A DNA stretch of 64,000 nt, from the sequence record MF402939; one strand, 5' to 3'. Under the pieces are notes generated by a model. The model was not told the origin of the DNA, did no database searches, and was given only the letters and a program-made list of their open reading frames with translations. Both the position numbers and the translations under genes were made by a program. This DNA is from Escherichia phage OSYSP. Positions 52,359-62,918 of this stretch are shown here, in pieces (positions within the stretch are counted from its first letter, which is position 1; each line of letters begins with the position of its first letter).

Positions 52359-53233
52359 TGAGTAAATCCTGGGGAAAATTTATTGAAGAAGAGGAAGCTG
52401 AAATGGCTTCCCGTCGTAACCTAATGATTGTCGATGGAACTAACTTAGGCTTTCGCTTCAAACATAACAACAGTAAAAAACCATTTGCCTCAAGTTATGT
52501 TTCCACTATTCAATCTTTAGCAAAATCCTACTCCGCAAGAACTACGATTGTTCTAGGTGATAAGGGGAAATCTGTATTTCGTCTAGAACATCTACCAGAG
52601 TATAAAGGTAATCGTGATGAAAAGTATGCACAACGTACAGAAGAAGAGAAAGCACTGGATGAACAGTTCTTTGAGTATTTGAAAGATGCTTTCGAGTTGT
52701 GTGAAACTACATTCCCAACTTTTACCATTCGTGGTGTAGAAGCAGATGATATGGCAGCTTATATTGTTAAACTCATCGGGCATCTTTATGATCACGTTTG
52801 GTTGATTTCTACCGATGGTGACTGGGATACGTTATTAACGGATAAAGTTTCTCGATTTTCTTTTACTACACGTCGTGAGTATCATCTTCGTGATATGTAT
52901 GAACATCATAATGTTGATGATGTTGAGCAGTTTATCTCCCTGAAAGCAATTATGGGTGATCTAGGGGATAATATTCGCGGCGTTGAAGGTATTGGGGCAA
53001 AACGCGGATATAATATTATTCGTGAGTTTGGTAACGTACTAGATATTATTGATCAGCTTCCACTGCCTGGAAAACAGAAATATATACAGAATCTGAATGC
53101 ATCGGAAGAACTGCTTTTCCGAAACTTGATTCTGGTTGATTTACCGACGTATTGTGTAGATGCTATTGCTGCCGCAGGGCAAGATGTATTAGATAAATTT
53201 ACAAAAGATATTTTGGAGATTGCAGGACAATGA
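52358..53233 (+). CDS. flap endonuclease / 5'-3' exonuclease (T5 D15-like)
   Basis: 291 aa; N-terminal LMIVDGTNLGFRF and downstream EADDMAAY, TDGDWD, GVEGIGAKRG motifs of the FEN family. Confidence 0.85.
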   Translation: MSKSWGKFIEEEEAEMASRRNLMIVDGTNLGFRFKHNNSKKPFASSYVSTIQSLAKSYSARTTIVLGDKGKSVFRLEHLPEYKGNRDEKYAQRTEEEKALDEQFFEYLKDAFELCETTFPTFTIRGVEADDMAAYIVKLIGHLYDHVWLISTDGDWDTLLTDKVSRFSFTTRREYHLRDMYEHHNVDDVEQFISLKAIMGDLGDNIRGVEGIGAKRGYNIIREFGNVLDIIDQLPLPGKQKYIQNLNASEELLFRNLILVDLPTYCVDAIAAAGQDVLDKFTKDILEIAGQ

Positions 53234-53676
53234 TTAAAATTAAATTAACTCACCCAGATTGTATGCCTAAGATTGGTTCCGAAGATGCCGCAGGTATGGA
53301 TCTGCGAGCATTCTTTGGTACTAACCCTGCCGCAGATTTACGTGCTATTGCACCAGGCAAATCCTTAATGATTGACACCGGTGTCGCGGTGTCAATTCCG
53401 CGAGGCTGGTTCGGTTTGGTGGTTCCTCGTAGCTCTTTAGGTAAGCGCCATTTGATGATTGCAAACACCGCAGGGGTGATCGACTCAGACTATCGTGGTA
53501 CTATTAAGATGAACCTCTATAATTACGGTTCTGAAATGCAAACTCTGGAGAATTTCGAGAGACTTTGTCAGCTAGTAGTGCTACCACACTATTCAACTCG
53601 TAATTTTGAAATAGTTGACGAACTAGAGGAGACTATTCGTGGAGAAGGTGGATTTGGAAGCTCAGGAAGCAAATAA
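53230..53676 (+). CDS. dut: dUTPase
   Basis: 148 aa; motifs AAGMDLRA, PRSSLG, GVIDSDYRG, C-terminal GGFGSSG. Confidence 0.85.
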   Translation: MIKIKLTHPDCMPKIGSEDAAGMDLRAFFGTNPAADLRAIAPGKSLMIDTGVAVSIPRGWFGLVVPRSSLGKRHLMIANTAGVIDSDYRGTIKMNLYNYGSEMQTLENFERLCQLVVLPHYSTRNFEIVDELEETIRGEGGFGSSGSK

Positions 53677-53896
53677 TTTTACTGATCCTAATATGGTAGG
53701 TATTGATACTAATATGTCGGCTTATCAGATTAAAACTGAACCAGAAAAGTATGTACTGAAAACAGACAAAGAAGGTAATGTTACTTTCTGGGATCCTGAA
53801 GGTTTTGTGGAGCTTTGTACTAATAGTGACAACGAGCATTTAAAAATACTATTAACCATTTATAATCTTGGTATTATAGAAGGTTGTAGAAGCTAG
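53639..53896 (+). CDS. hypothetical protein (85 aa), start uncertain
   Basis: ORF track; GTG start overlapping dut; no convincing SD. Confidence 0.3.
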   Translation: MEKVDLEAQEANNFTDPNMVGIDTNMSAYQIKTEPEKYVLKTDKEGNVTFWDPEGFVELCTNSDNEHLKILLTIYNLGIIEGCRS

Positions 53897-53902
53897 TTAT
53901 AG

Positions 53903-53940
53903 AAAAACCCCAGCGGATTTTGTCCGCTGGGGTTTCTTTT
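53903..53940. terminator. bidirectional rho-independent terminator between convergent early and tail modules
   Basis: CCCCAGCGGA-loop-TCCGCTGGGG hairpin flanked by A-run on the left and T-run on the right. Confidence 0.75.
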
Positions 53941-53953
53941 TACTATGTATACA

Positions 53954-56863
53954 TTATGAGTTATCTGGCTTAATGAGCTCACTCACAAGTTTTTTCAGTT
54001 CGGTTAATTCTTGCTCAAGTTTGTTAACTTTATCAGCTTGATAACGAAATGCACAAGCTAAATCCGCCATAATTACGTTATTATCAAGAGCTAATGTATC
54101 GTCCGCTTTATCAACAACAATTTGACGGTCTACATATTCTTCACCTTCTTCATTAACACCTATAACATCTGCAAAAATATCCCCGCCAGGAATTAATTTT
54201 ACATATTCCGGGTCTATTTTTAGTAGGTCTTGGGCTATTAAACCAAATCGCTGGATGTTGCTTCCATTGTATTTAAACATTGTAGGCAGCCACTGCATAA
54301 CGCGATCATAGCTTTCTTTTCCATCTGTATAAATTATATCATGCTTTAAATCTCTGTCAGAGTTGGCGGCCTTTTGAAAAATGAAATTTCCACTTGATGA
54401 CCATGTAGTTATATCGTTTGATGCTGGCTGAAACTGGAAGTTACAGAAAAAATTGCCATCACCACGAAGCCTTAACGAGCAAAAAGGCCAAGCATTATTT
54501 CCCTGTGGGATAAGACCCCAAGTTGCACGAATTGGATAACCACCAGTTGATTGTGTACCCCATGAAAGTCCAGGCGCCCATCCACCATCATTGTTAGGAA
54601 TAATCTCGCCCCAAACAAGAGCATTACCCCAATAGTTAGGATCATCCCAGCCCATTTGTTGGGTTTTGCCAGTGTATTGGGCGGAATGAGTTCTGCCGTC
54701 AGGGTAAAACTTGTGCATATAGGCCTGTATCCCTGCTTGATACAATTCTATTCCAAAAGATTCAATGTGTGTGTCGCCTCTTCTGATTAAACCAGCGATA
54801 GCGTAATCGTCATACCAATTGTAACGACTTACACCAGTCCATGTGTTTATGGGTGGATTCATGGTTGAAAATAGTTGTGACGCATTGCGTTCATTCCCGT
54901 CTGCATAAATACCAGCCCCCGGAGCTAATGAGATTGATTTTGCTCCTGAAAAAGTACCATTTTCATTAAATTGATAATAGTGAAACAAGTTATTATGAAA
55001 CACACCTATTGTATGTTTTCCTACGCCTACTTGAGTTTCGAAATAAGACTGAGAAGAACCAATATCCTCGCCTTGTGTGTTCTTTAATTTTGAATGGTAT
55101 ATACCTGCGTTTGCAGTATTTGCATTTTCCGTTTCATTTTCAACATTAAGGCTTAGAAATTTTGGTGCATGTTTTTCGCCAAGTCCTATATTGTTTCTAA
55201 TACCATTCGCATCCTTAGCACCCGTACCACCAAATTGAATACCTAGTGGTAGCCATTGATTGGTTGTAGCATCATAAACGCCCCAATGATCCCCACCATC
55301 TGGAATGGTTAGATACTTGTTTTTATTTGGGGAATATAAAACTGTTTCACCAGAAGTCTGAAACAGCCTATCAACTCCTAAATTATATCTAGCACCTTCA
55401 AGTGTATCCGCTCCAGTACCACCAGCAATAATTGATAATGGAAGAGATTCCCATGAGATACCATCACCATTTATGTTTTTCTGGAGTACAATAAGCCCAT
55501 CATCTCGCATAACAAATCTATATAATCTATTATGCGAGTATAAAAAAGTATGAACCCCATCCTGCACAAGTGAGTCTATAAGGAGCGTCTGACGAGAAGC
55601 ATTAATATCCGACAGATCTGAAAGATTATTTTCTTTTAGTAACGATTTACCAATAATACCTTCAGCTTTTCCAGCAGCCACTTCTGCACGTCCAGCGTCG
55701 GTAGATGCGCTTTGTGCGCTACTAGCAGCATTACTAGCTTGTTGCCCGGCCTCAACAGCACTGTTACCCGCTTGTGTAGCGGAAATAGCAGCGGCGTCTT
55801 TTAGCACGGTAGTTTCGGACACAGCGGCATCCTTAATTGCTTGCGTCTCGCTTACTGCACTATCCTTAATAGTCTGTGTGTCAGACTTTAATTTTTCAAC
55901 ATCTGCTTTTAAAGCTGTTGTTTCACCTACAGCGGCATCCTTAATTGCTTGCGTCTCGCTTACTGCACTATCCTTAATAGTCTGTGTGTCAGACTTTAAT
56001 TTTTCAACATCTGCTTTTAAAGCTGTTGTTTCACCTACAGCGCTATCTTTAATTAGTTGAGTATCTGATTTTAGTTGCTCAACATCTGATTTTAAGCCTT
56101 GAATAGTGGTTACTGACTGACTAGCTGAGGTTGCAGAACTAGCTGCGTTAGTCTCACTATCTTTGGCTTTAGTCTCACTAGTTTTAGCATTTGTTTCACT
56201 AGTTTTAGCATTTGTTTCAGAGGTTTTTGCAGCAGACGCTGATGTAGCAGCTTGTGTAGAGAATGTTTCCGCCTCATTCCTAAAACCACTGGAATCCGCA
56301 GCGGAAGCGGCAGCATTAGTCTCACTGATTTTTGCTTTATCTTCACTAATTTTTGCAACAGCAGCAGATGCAGCAGCATTAGTCTCACTGATTTTTGCTT
56401 TATCTTCACTAGCCTTTGCATTAATTTCGCTAGTTTTAGCTTTATCTTCACTAGCCTTTGCATTAATTTCGCTAGTTTTAGCTTTATCTTCACTAGTCTT
56501 TGCATTAGTTTCGGATATTTTAGCTGCTGCAGCGGATTCTGCAGACTTATTGGCTGACGTTGCGGACTGAGTAGCAGAAGTAGCTGATTGGGTAGCCGAT
56601 GCTTCAGAAGCTTCCGCGGAAATCGCAGCTTCCTGTTCAGAATTCTTAGCATTAAGCTCTGAAGTCTTAGCAGCTATTTCAGAATCTTTTGCAGCCGCAG
56701 CAGATTTAGCAGTGGCCTCTATAGAAGATACTAACTCATTAGCAGTAATAGAGCTAATAGAATTTCCAAGAGTTACTGTGTATCTAGGAAATTTACTAGC
56801 AGTAGCTTTAGTATCATCAATATTTAATATTTGTTGTACAATAATCTTAGTAGTTATTGCCAT
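53954..56863 (-). CDS. L-shaped tail-fibre-like protein with repeat array and C-terminal intramolecular chaperone (peptidase S74-like) domain
   Basis: 969 aa; N-terminal Ala/Ser/Glu-rich tandem repeats; C-terminal ...DLKHDIIY...LIAQDL...DLACAFRYQ block resembles auto-cleaving chaperone domains of phage fibres. Confidence 0.75.
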   Translation of the reverse strand: MAITTKIIVQQILNIDDTKATASKFPRYTVTLGNSISSITANELVSSIEATAKSAAAAKDSEIAAKTSELNAKNSEQEAAISAEASEASATQSATSATQSATSANKSAESAAAAKISETNAKTSEDKAKTSEINAKASEDKAKTSEINAKASEDKAKISETNAAASAAVAKISEDKAKISETNAAASAADSSGFRNEAETFSTQAATSASAAKTSETNAKTSETNAKTSETKAKDSETNAASSATSASQSVTTIQGLKSDVEQLKSDTQLIKDSAVGETTALKADVEKLKSDTQTIKDSAVSETQAIKDAAVGETTALKADVEKLKSDTQTIKDSAVSETQAIKDAAVSETTVLKDAAAISATQAGNSAVEAGQQASNAASSAQSASTDAGRAEVAAGKAEGIIGKSLLKENNLSDLSDINASRQTLLIDSLVQDGVHTFLYSHNRLYRFVMRDDGLIVLQKNINGDGISWESLPLSIIAGGTGADTLEGARYNLGVDRLFQTSGETVLYSPNKNKYLTIPDGGDHWGVYDATTNQWLPLGIQFGGTGAKDANGIRNNIGLGEKHAPKFLSLNVENETENANTANAGIYHSKLKNTQGEDIGSSQSYFETQVGVGKHTIGVFHNNLFHYYQFNENGTFSGAKSISLAPGAGIYADGNERNASQLFSTMNPPINTWTGVSRYNWYDDYAIAGLIRRGDTHIESFGIELYQAGIQAYMHKFYPDGRTHSAQYTGKTQQMGWDDPNYWGNALVWGEIIPNNDGGWAPGLSWGTQSTGGYPIRATWGLIPQGNNAWPFCSLRLRGDGNFFCNFQFQPASNDITTWSSSGNFIFQKAANSDRDLKHDIIYTDGKESYDRVMQWLPTMFKYNGSNIQRFGLIAQDLLKIDPEYVKLIPGGDIFADVIGVNEEGEEYVDRQIVVDKADDTLALDNNVIMADLACAFRYQADKVNKLEQELTELKKLVSELIKPDNS
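55821..56096. repeat. tandem 108-bp repeat (about 2.5 copies, 36-aa units) inside tail fibre gene
   Basis: Two identical copies (55821-55928, 55929-56036) plus a diverged third copy. Confidence 0.8.
56174..56215. repeat. tandem 21-bp repeat inside tail fibre gene
   Basis: TCACTAGTTTTAGCATTTGTT x2, then partial copy. Confidence 0.7.
56399..56524. repeat. tandem 42-bp repeat (3 copies, 14-aa units) inside tail fibre gene
   Basis: Two identical 42-bp units (56399-56440, 56441-56482) plus a diverged third. Confidence 0.8.
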
Positions 56864-57285
56864 TATCTAGTTACCCCATCACTGATAAATACTTTACCCT
56901 CCATTATACGAAAAGAACTAATAGCTGATCCTATGACGTCTCGTGTCATAATTATATCATAGTATCCTGCAAAACGTTGGCGAGGGTTATACTTATCTCT
57001 CTCTTTGGTAGCTTTTTCGCCAATATTATCTACTGCCTCTACAGGTAAACTTATAGCTATAGCACCTTGAGCAGCATCAGTAATTTTAGTAGTAAAAGAT
57101 GCCAAAGTTTCCGCATTCTCATCAAGCCCGGCCTTTATAGTACCCCTTAGGGAATACCCTGTTAAGTTAACAGGGGTATTTGTAGGTGGATAAGTACTAT
57201 CATCAACATCTAAGAATTGCATCATTAGACCATAAGGTACTTTCTCATCTATCACTAAGTCTATAACTCTATTTTCAGTACTCAT
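56863..57285 (-). CDS. tail collar-like protein (140 aa; same length and position as T5 p132)
   Basis: ORF track; ATGA overlap with fibre gene; assignment by size and synteny only. Confidence 0.5.
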   Translation of the reverse strand: MSTENRVIDLVIDEKVPYGLMMQFLDVDDSTYPPTNTPVNLTGYSLRGTIKAGLDENAETLASFTTKITDAAQGAIAISLPVEAVDNIGEKATKERDKYNPRQRFAGYYDIIMTRDVIGSAISSFRIMEGKVFISDGVTR

Positions 57286-57291
57286 TATTTA

Positions 57292-59364
57292 TTACCTTAT
57301 ATGGATATACCCACTATTTAGGTCTATCTTCATCTTGTAGTATGCCTCAGGATTTCCTGATAACGCAGCGTTCCTATCATAAATGATGTTAACACCGATC
57401 TGAGATAAGAAAGCATTTCCTGCTACAATTTTATCTGCCGTCACCGTCCCGTTAACAATCATGTTTCCGTGGAGAACCATTGCAGGGTTAACCCAACCAG
57501 ACCCGTTCCATTGCCTTGTAAATGCTGATTGTGGGGCATTACTGTTAAATTCAGTTAATACATCATATTTAACTGGAGGAGAACCGAAGTTACTTTGAAA
57601 GAAGGAATTAGCTTGTCCATCATCCCAACCACCTAAACCTGCTATACCTACAGAGTACATCCCAGGACCACGTTGTCCATCATGCCCTATAGTACCTTCA
57701 GTACCACTCCACTGAACCACATCTGACCAGCTAGTACCCTCTAATAACCTATTAGTAACTGGATCAAGTGTACCCGTAGTCGCATAGATATTTTGTGTCA
57801 TATCTGTACGGTTAGGTGGAGTTTTTGACCAACCAGGAGGTGGATAATCTTGTTCTAGTGGTTTAGCAGGTAGAGATGTTGCTAACTTATAAACAAATAC
57901 TGTCTGTTTACCTTGTAAACCAGTTTCAATATCTACGTCACCATTTGGTGTCCCAATTACTACACCACTAGAGATACGCAAGGTAGTACCATCATAACGT
58001 ATCCATTGTGTAGCGTTACCAATGTCTAATTTAGCTTTGGCAGAGGTATTATCCATACCCATCCAAATACCGGAGTTATTATCCCCCCAAGATTTACCTT
58101 GAGTGTAAATTGCTGGGTTATCCTTACCAGATAAGTTAGTCATAATAAAGTTCGCAGCATTAATATCTCTAGTAATTACTTTACCATCAACGTTAACAAC
58201 ACGGTTTATAGGGTCGAAAGAAATAGGTGCTTTTCCTTCTTCATCCAGTAGACCAATGTTAATAGCACCAGTAGCTGCGTCGATTAAGAATGTCTGTCTC
58301 CAGATTTCTCCATCTTTCATGCTACCCTTAATAAAGGCATAATTAACGTCAATACCTGTCTCATTGACAAAGCTATTGTCTAGAGGAGTATCTTCATTCA
58401 ATATAAATGTTACAGGAGCTGATTCTGTTATATCTTGCTTATTTGGTCCCCAGGCAATTGATGATACCTTAAAAGTATGCTCAACTTTCCATGGGAATGA
58501 TATAATCGTTGCAGCTCTAGCAGCCCCAACGTTTATCTTTTGAGCTTTATCCCAGCCAGTCTTAGCGTATTCTTCAGAGTTTATATAAGTAACCAGAAAT
58601 TCACGGACATTAGCACCCGCACCACGTTCCCAGTCCCACTCTATTCTGACATCATATCGTTCCTTACCATCTGCAATTCGTGCAGCTTTAAAGGCAATGT
58701 TAGTAGGTGCAGTAGGTGGTACAAAATTATAAGCTACAGTGAAAACGCTAGGATATTCATAATAACCAGATGAGTCAACTGTAACACCATCTGGCATCGT
58801 AACTTGACCAGATATTCTGATCTTATAGTCGCCAACGGGAACACCACCAAATTTGATAGTAGGTCCCAGCGCGCCTATATAGTATTTAACCCATTCACTA
58901 TCTTCTGATGCAGTACTTTTTAATTCAATAGTGCAGTAACTAGCTTCACCAGTAGTCTCTACAACAACTATTGGAGCACCAACACCAACGTCAACGGGTT
59001 CTGATTCAGATCTTGCTGCAGTAATTATTGGCTTTTCCTTTGTTCTAAAGTTAGTTTCATTAGAGAGGTTTATACCAATTTTTGCATTTAAAAGTTCTGA
59101 GTCGATAATTGAATCATAGAAAGCCCCCTGAACCTGGTAGGTGGTTGAGGGGGTTAAATTATTAATCATTACGAAGAAAGTATCTATACCGGTATAATCA
59201 CGTCTATCTATACTTTCTCCTATTTTTAACCAAAAAGATCTACCAATAACATCATAATCAGTATAAATGGAGTGCTGGACATAAGCCAAAGTATATCCAG
59301 TCATTATACTATTTAAGACCATTTTGGCTGGTGCATTATTTGAAATCATTAAATGGATGCCCAC
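57292..59364 (-). CDS. baseplate/central-fibre protein (T5 pb4-like by size and position)
   Basis: 690-aa ORF between hub and collar genes; assignment by synteny. Confidence 0.6.
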   Translation of the reverse strand: MGIHLMISNNAPAKMVLNSIMTGYTLAYVQHSIYTDYDVIGRSFWLKIGESIDRRDYTGIDTFFVMINNLTPSTTYQVQGAFYDSIIDSELLNAKIGINLSNETNFRTKEKPIITAARSESEPVDVGVGAPIVVVETTGEASYCTIELKSTASEDSEWVKYYIGALGPTIKFGGVPVGDYKIRISGQVTMPDGVTVDSSGYYEYPSVFTVAYNFVPPTAPTNIAFKAARIADGKERYDVRIEWDWERGAGANVREFLVTYINSEEYAKTGWDKAQKINVGAARAATIISFPWKVEHTFKVSSIAWGPNKQDITESAPVTFILNEDTPLDNSFVNETGIDVNYAFIKGSMKDGEIWRQTFLIDAATGAINIGLLDEEGKAPISFDPINRVVNVDGKVITRDINAANFIMTNLSGKDNPAIYTQGKSWGDNNSGIWMGMDNTSAKAKLDIGNATQWIRYDGTTLRISSGVVIGTPNGDVDIETGLQGKQTVFVYKLATSLPAKPLEQDYPPPGWSKTPPNRTDMTQNIYATTGTLDPVTNRLLEGTSWSDVVQWSGTEGTIGHDGQRGPGMYSVGIAGLGGWDDGQANSFFQSNFGSPPVKYDVLTEFNSNAPQSAFTRQWNGSGWVNPAMVLHGNMIVNGTVTADKIVAGNAFLSQIGVNIIYDRNAALSGNPEAYYKMKIDLNSGYIHIR

Positions 59365-62198
59365 TCCACAGACTGTTCTCCATCATCCCCTTCTGCCCTA
59401 ATACGAAAATACAATTTTCTATTTATACCTAGAGCACCGCTGTTCTGGAGAGCAAAGTCTGCCTTATTATATGTTAATAAATAGTCATAAGTATACTGAT
59501 TTTCAATACGTACACTTCTTAACATCCTATTTTGTGAATCGTGTATTTCAAGGGTATAAAATATACTCTCTATTATATCTTCTTCAGGTATTCTATCCCA
59601 GGCTAGTTTCACATCTGGGCCAACAAACTCAGTTACATCTCCAGAAGCAGTATTAGTTACCCTAAAATTAGATACTACACTAAGGTTTTTAGCAGAGTTA
59701 AGTTCTATAGACAGAGTCACCGGGGAACTTCTTCTACCATTAATATCTACTGCCCTTATCTCAAATATAGCCAGACCTGCTGGTTCCCCAATTATTTCTT
59801 GGACCATACGTTCGTTAGGATTGGTCTCTAACTGTTGTATTATGTAAGGTTCGGCATGGCCTGAGTGCACAATAGAGTAGTAAACTACATTATTGGTTAG
59901 ACTCGGAAGCCAGGATAACTCACCATTTTTACCTATAGAGCCTACTAAACCGCCAGGAGTAGGAGTATATTTAAAGTCTCTAGGAGGAAGGACATTGTTA
60001 CTAATATCAGGAATATCATTACCGCTATTATCAACCTGCTCAGAGTTGATGAATACATCCTCTCCATACTCCTGTAAGGTAACATTTATCTTACCCTCTC
60101 TAGAGTTTTCAACCTCATCAACTAGGAAATACTTTTTGTTCCACCCGTAACGGTCATACGTGAATGCAATAGCATCATTGGGTTCAATCCCTATGAACTG
60201 GTATGGTAATGAGAAAGAAAGTGTTCTTGAGTATCTGGATTTCTTAAGTTCTCTATCCGCAAAACTTCTTGCAGTATAGTAGTTAGTAATATTAGCAAAA
60301 GATAGTTGTAATTTTTTATCTAGGTTCTTGTCCTGTTCCTTATACTTGGAATTATAGAATGTAATAGAATTAGTTTTCCAGCTAAGGGCGGGATCTACGA
60401 TAGATGCTTGAACTGAGTTGAATTTATTTCTACCAGTAGTATCTGATAGCTCCAAATCACCGTAAGTATCTAGAAAATTAATCTCTAAGGGAGTATTAGA
60501 GTATTTTTCTACAGTAACCCTATACTGACCAGATAAATTGTTAATAGCCCCACCATAGGACTCTAACAAACCTTGCACATTTTTAAATACTGATTCAGAT
60601 GTATCCAAAATAGTATTCATTTGTACTATTTGTCTATTTTCTGCTAGTGGATCAGTCCACCCAACGTATCTCCAATATGGCTGCCAAGATACCTGATAGG
60701 ATTCATCTATAATATCTAAAATAGCTGCCTCCTGTATTAATTGCTGAAGAGGGAACTGATCAATGGTAATATTAGCGCCATATCTATCAGAGGTTAAGTA
60801 ATCAAGTGTTTGCCAAATACCATTTAAACTAGTACTATTAGCAGTTACTCTACCATCAGAATGATAGACTTTTACTTTTTTACCTTGAATTTCAGCACTA
60901 ACTTCTGGAATCTCAGTCCTATTTTCATTAATAGTGAAGCGCACCACTGCGTATGCAGTATCTAGTAGCTTATATCTAGCATCCCAGTACTCCGGCCCAT
61001 TGCCATTCATATTCTGAAGGTAGAATCCACGTTCTTTAGCTATATCTACTAGTACTTCAGAGGCTGTTTGATCAGATTTTCCGTGATAAGTCCAAATCCT
61101 TATGTCACCATTTCCATCATTATACTTATACTCTTGACCATGGACGGATGGACTACTAGAAGAGGTTCCAGATGCTATCCTCTGCATTGTATCTCCTGCT
61201 ATTTTTTTAGTACCAAAGCAGGTTCTAGCGGAGCTATCATTAGCATCTACGCAGATCATAGGATTATCACCGAAGGAGAAATCAAGAAAACCATCAATCT
61301 CCCCCTCAGCAAAGGCGTATACGACATAAACTATGTTGGGATTGTGTAGTTCTGTATCAGCAAAAATAGGTATTCCAGGAATTTTTTGAACCCCATAAAC
61401 CACCGGTATGTATTTAGCAGCAAGGTTAAAATCTATATCCACTTCCTTAGTGACAGTTTCATAGTATTTTTTAAGGCTGTAGCTTCTAGATAAACCAAAT
61501 AATTTTTTCTTTGATTTTAGCTTGTATCTTTCTTCTTGAACCTGATATTTTGCTAGGATAGAGATACTTTTATTAGAGTGGAAGAAGCCGTAGTCTTCTT
61601 GATACTCTGGTCTTTTAGCACCATTAGATGGTACTAACTGTCCAGCTACAACTTCAAGCCCCCTATGGGAAGCGTCATCAGTATATCTACCATTAACTCT
61701 ATCAAAGTCATAGAATTGGTTAGAACAATTCCAGGTAATTGTAGAGGTTCCTACTCCAGAGGTACTAATGTTATCTTTAATACCCCCTCCAGTAATCCTC
61801 CCCCTAAAATATAGTAAAGGACCATTTGTATCTGGGTCTACTGGCAGAATAGAACCATCTTCAGTAATAATTGCTTGATGAATTGATACGGTTCTATCTA
61901 AGAAGGATACACCATTTTGTACTAGTTTTAGTACTTCATCCTGAGCTGTACCAGTAATAGTAAAAGATAGACTACCAATAGATAAATCTCTATTTTGTTT
62001 ATGTGAGCTAATAGACTTAACTTTACCCGCCTGGTATAAGATGCCATTATATAGTACATCCCTAAAATAATCAGTTAAATAAATAAAAGCAGTACTAGTA
62101 CCAGTAGAGCCAGGTAACTCTAGAGAAATTAGACTAGCAGTTTTTATTCTGCTATTATTTTTTAAGTAGTTTCTAGCACTATCTAGTATTTTTTTCAT
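59349..62198 (-). CDS. baseplate hub protein (T5 pb3-like; 949 aa)
   Basis: 949-aa ORF immediately downstream of Dit-like gene; same length as T5 pb3; assignment by size and synteny. Confidence 0.65.
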   Translation of the reverse strand: MKKILDSARNYLKNNSRIKTASLISLELPGSTGTSTAFIYLTDYFRDVLYNGILYQAGKVKSISSHKQNRDLSIGSLSFTITGTAQDEVLKLVQNGVSFLDRTVSIHQAIITEDGSILPVDPDTNGPLLYFRGRITGGGIKDNISTSGVGTSTITWNCSNQFYDFDRVNGRYTDDASHRGLEVVAGQLVPSNGAKRPEYQEDYGFFHSNKSISILAKYQVQEERYKLKSKKKLFGLSRSYSLKKYYETVTKEVDIDFNLAAKYIPVVYGVQKIPGIPIFADTELHNPNIVYVVYAFAEGEIDGFLDFSFGDNPMICVDANDSSARTCFGTKKIAGDTMQRIASGTSSSSPSVHGQEYKYNDGNGDIRIWTYHGKSDQTASEVLVDIAKERGFYLQNMNGNGPEYWDARYKLLDTAYAVVRFTINENRTEIPEVSAEIQGKKVKVYHSDGRVTANSTSLNGIWQTLDYLTSDRYGANITIDQFPLQQLIQEAAILDIIDESYQVSWQPYWRYVGWTDPLAENRQIVQMNTILDTSESVFKNVQGLLESYGGAINNLSGQYRVTVEKYSNTPLEINFLDTYGDLELSDTTGRNKFNSVQASIVDPALSWKTNSITFYNSKYKEQDKNLDKKLQLSFANITNYYTARSFADRELKKSRYSRTLSFSLPYQFIGIEPNDAIAFTYDRYGWNKKYFLVDEVENSREGKINVTLQEYGEDVFINSEQVDNSGNDIPDISNNVLPPRDFKYTPTPGGLVGSIGKNGELSWLPSLTNNVVYYSIVHSGHAEPYIIQQLETNPNERMVQEIIGEPAGLAIFEIRAVDINGRRSSPVTLSIELNSAKNLSVVSNFRVTNTASGDVTEFVGPDVKLAWDRIPEEDIIESIFYTLEIHDSQNRMLRSVRIENQYTYDYLLTYNKADFALQNSGALGINRKLYFRIRAEGDDGEQSVEWASI

Positions 62199-62809
62199 AA
62201 ACTTTCCCGTAAATTTAATGAGATGCCGGAATATGTTCCGTTATTATTTAATGTAGATCCGAAAGCATCACCATTCATGAGTTTTGTTCTAAACAGTATC
62301 CCATTAAATACTGGTTTTTCAGCTCCAGTAGTCGTTACAAATAAATCAGGGTATACGTTAATAGACCATGAATTACCAGATCTATTAAATGATGTTATTT
62401 TATAAACTTTTGGGTGATTGGATAATTTAAATAAATCACCTGGTTTAGGGATGCCGGTAAGAACACCTTTTGTATCCATAGTAATATTGGAACCTTTTTG
62501 TCCTGCTGGTATATTTACTAAGTTAGTATTGCCCCTAACCCTAAAAGCCTCATACTGAGGTAATATAACATCAATGTAGCCTCCTGTCCTCTTATACTCT
62601 AGAATAAAGGAATCTAGAACACTATATTCATCAGGAAACAATTCTGGGTAAGAAATATTTATACCCCAGTACTGAGCAGATACCTTAACTTCGTTAACTT
62701 TACCATTAGGTAACTCATCACGAATTACTGGGTCATTATCAATCAGGTTAACACTTTCGAATCCTAATCCTGAAAGTTCTGGATTCGTGTATGGGTCTGG
62801 TAATCTCAT
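62195..62809 (-). CDS. distal tail protein (Dit; T5 pb9-like, 204 aa)
   Basis: 204-aa ORF downstream of tape measure gene; size and position as in T5. Confidence 0.6.
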   Translation of the reverse strand: MRLPDPYTNPELSGLGFESVNLIDNDPVIRDELPNGKVNEVKVSAQYWGINISYPELFPDEYSVLDSFILEYKRTGGYIDVILPQYEAFRVRGNTNLVNIPAGQKGSNITMDTKGVLTGIPKPGDLFKLSNHPKVYKITSFNRSGNSWSINVYPDLFVTTTGAEKPVFNGILFRTKLMNGDAFGSTLNNNGTYSGISLNLRESL

Positions 62810-62918
62810 AGTTAATTTCTCCTCTTAGATACAATTATTATAATAGTATTAGAAAATTTTATCAAGAAATTTTTATTTTTCCATATAGAAAAGGAGGACT
62901 CAAAGTCCTCCTCCAGTT

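Noticed and set aside
55821-56524. CRISPR array
   Set aside because: The repeats are directly tandem with no spacers, are in-frame within a structural gene and encode repeated peptide modules; not a CRISPR.
56110-56652. ORFs 56110-56652 (-), 56163-56570 (+), 56252-56557 (+), 55878-56060 (+)
   Set aside because: Alternative frames through the tandem repeat arrays of the tail fibre gene; the repeat periodicity keeps every frame open.
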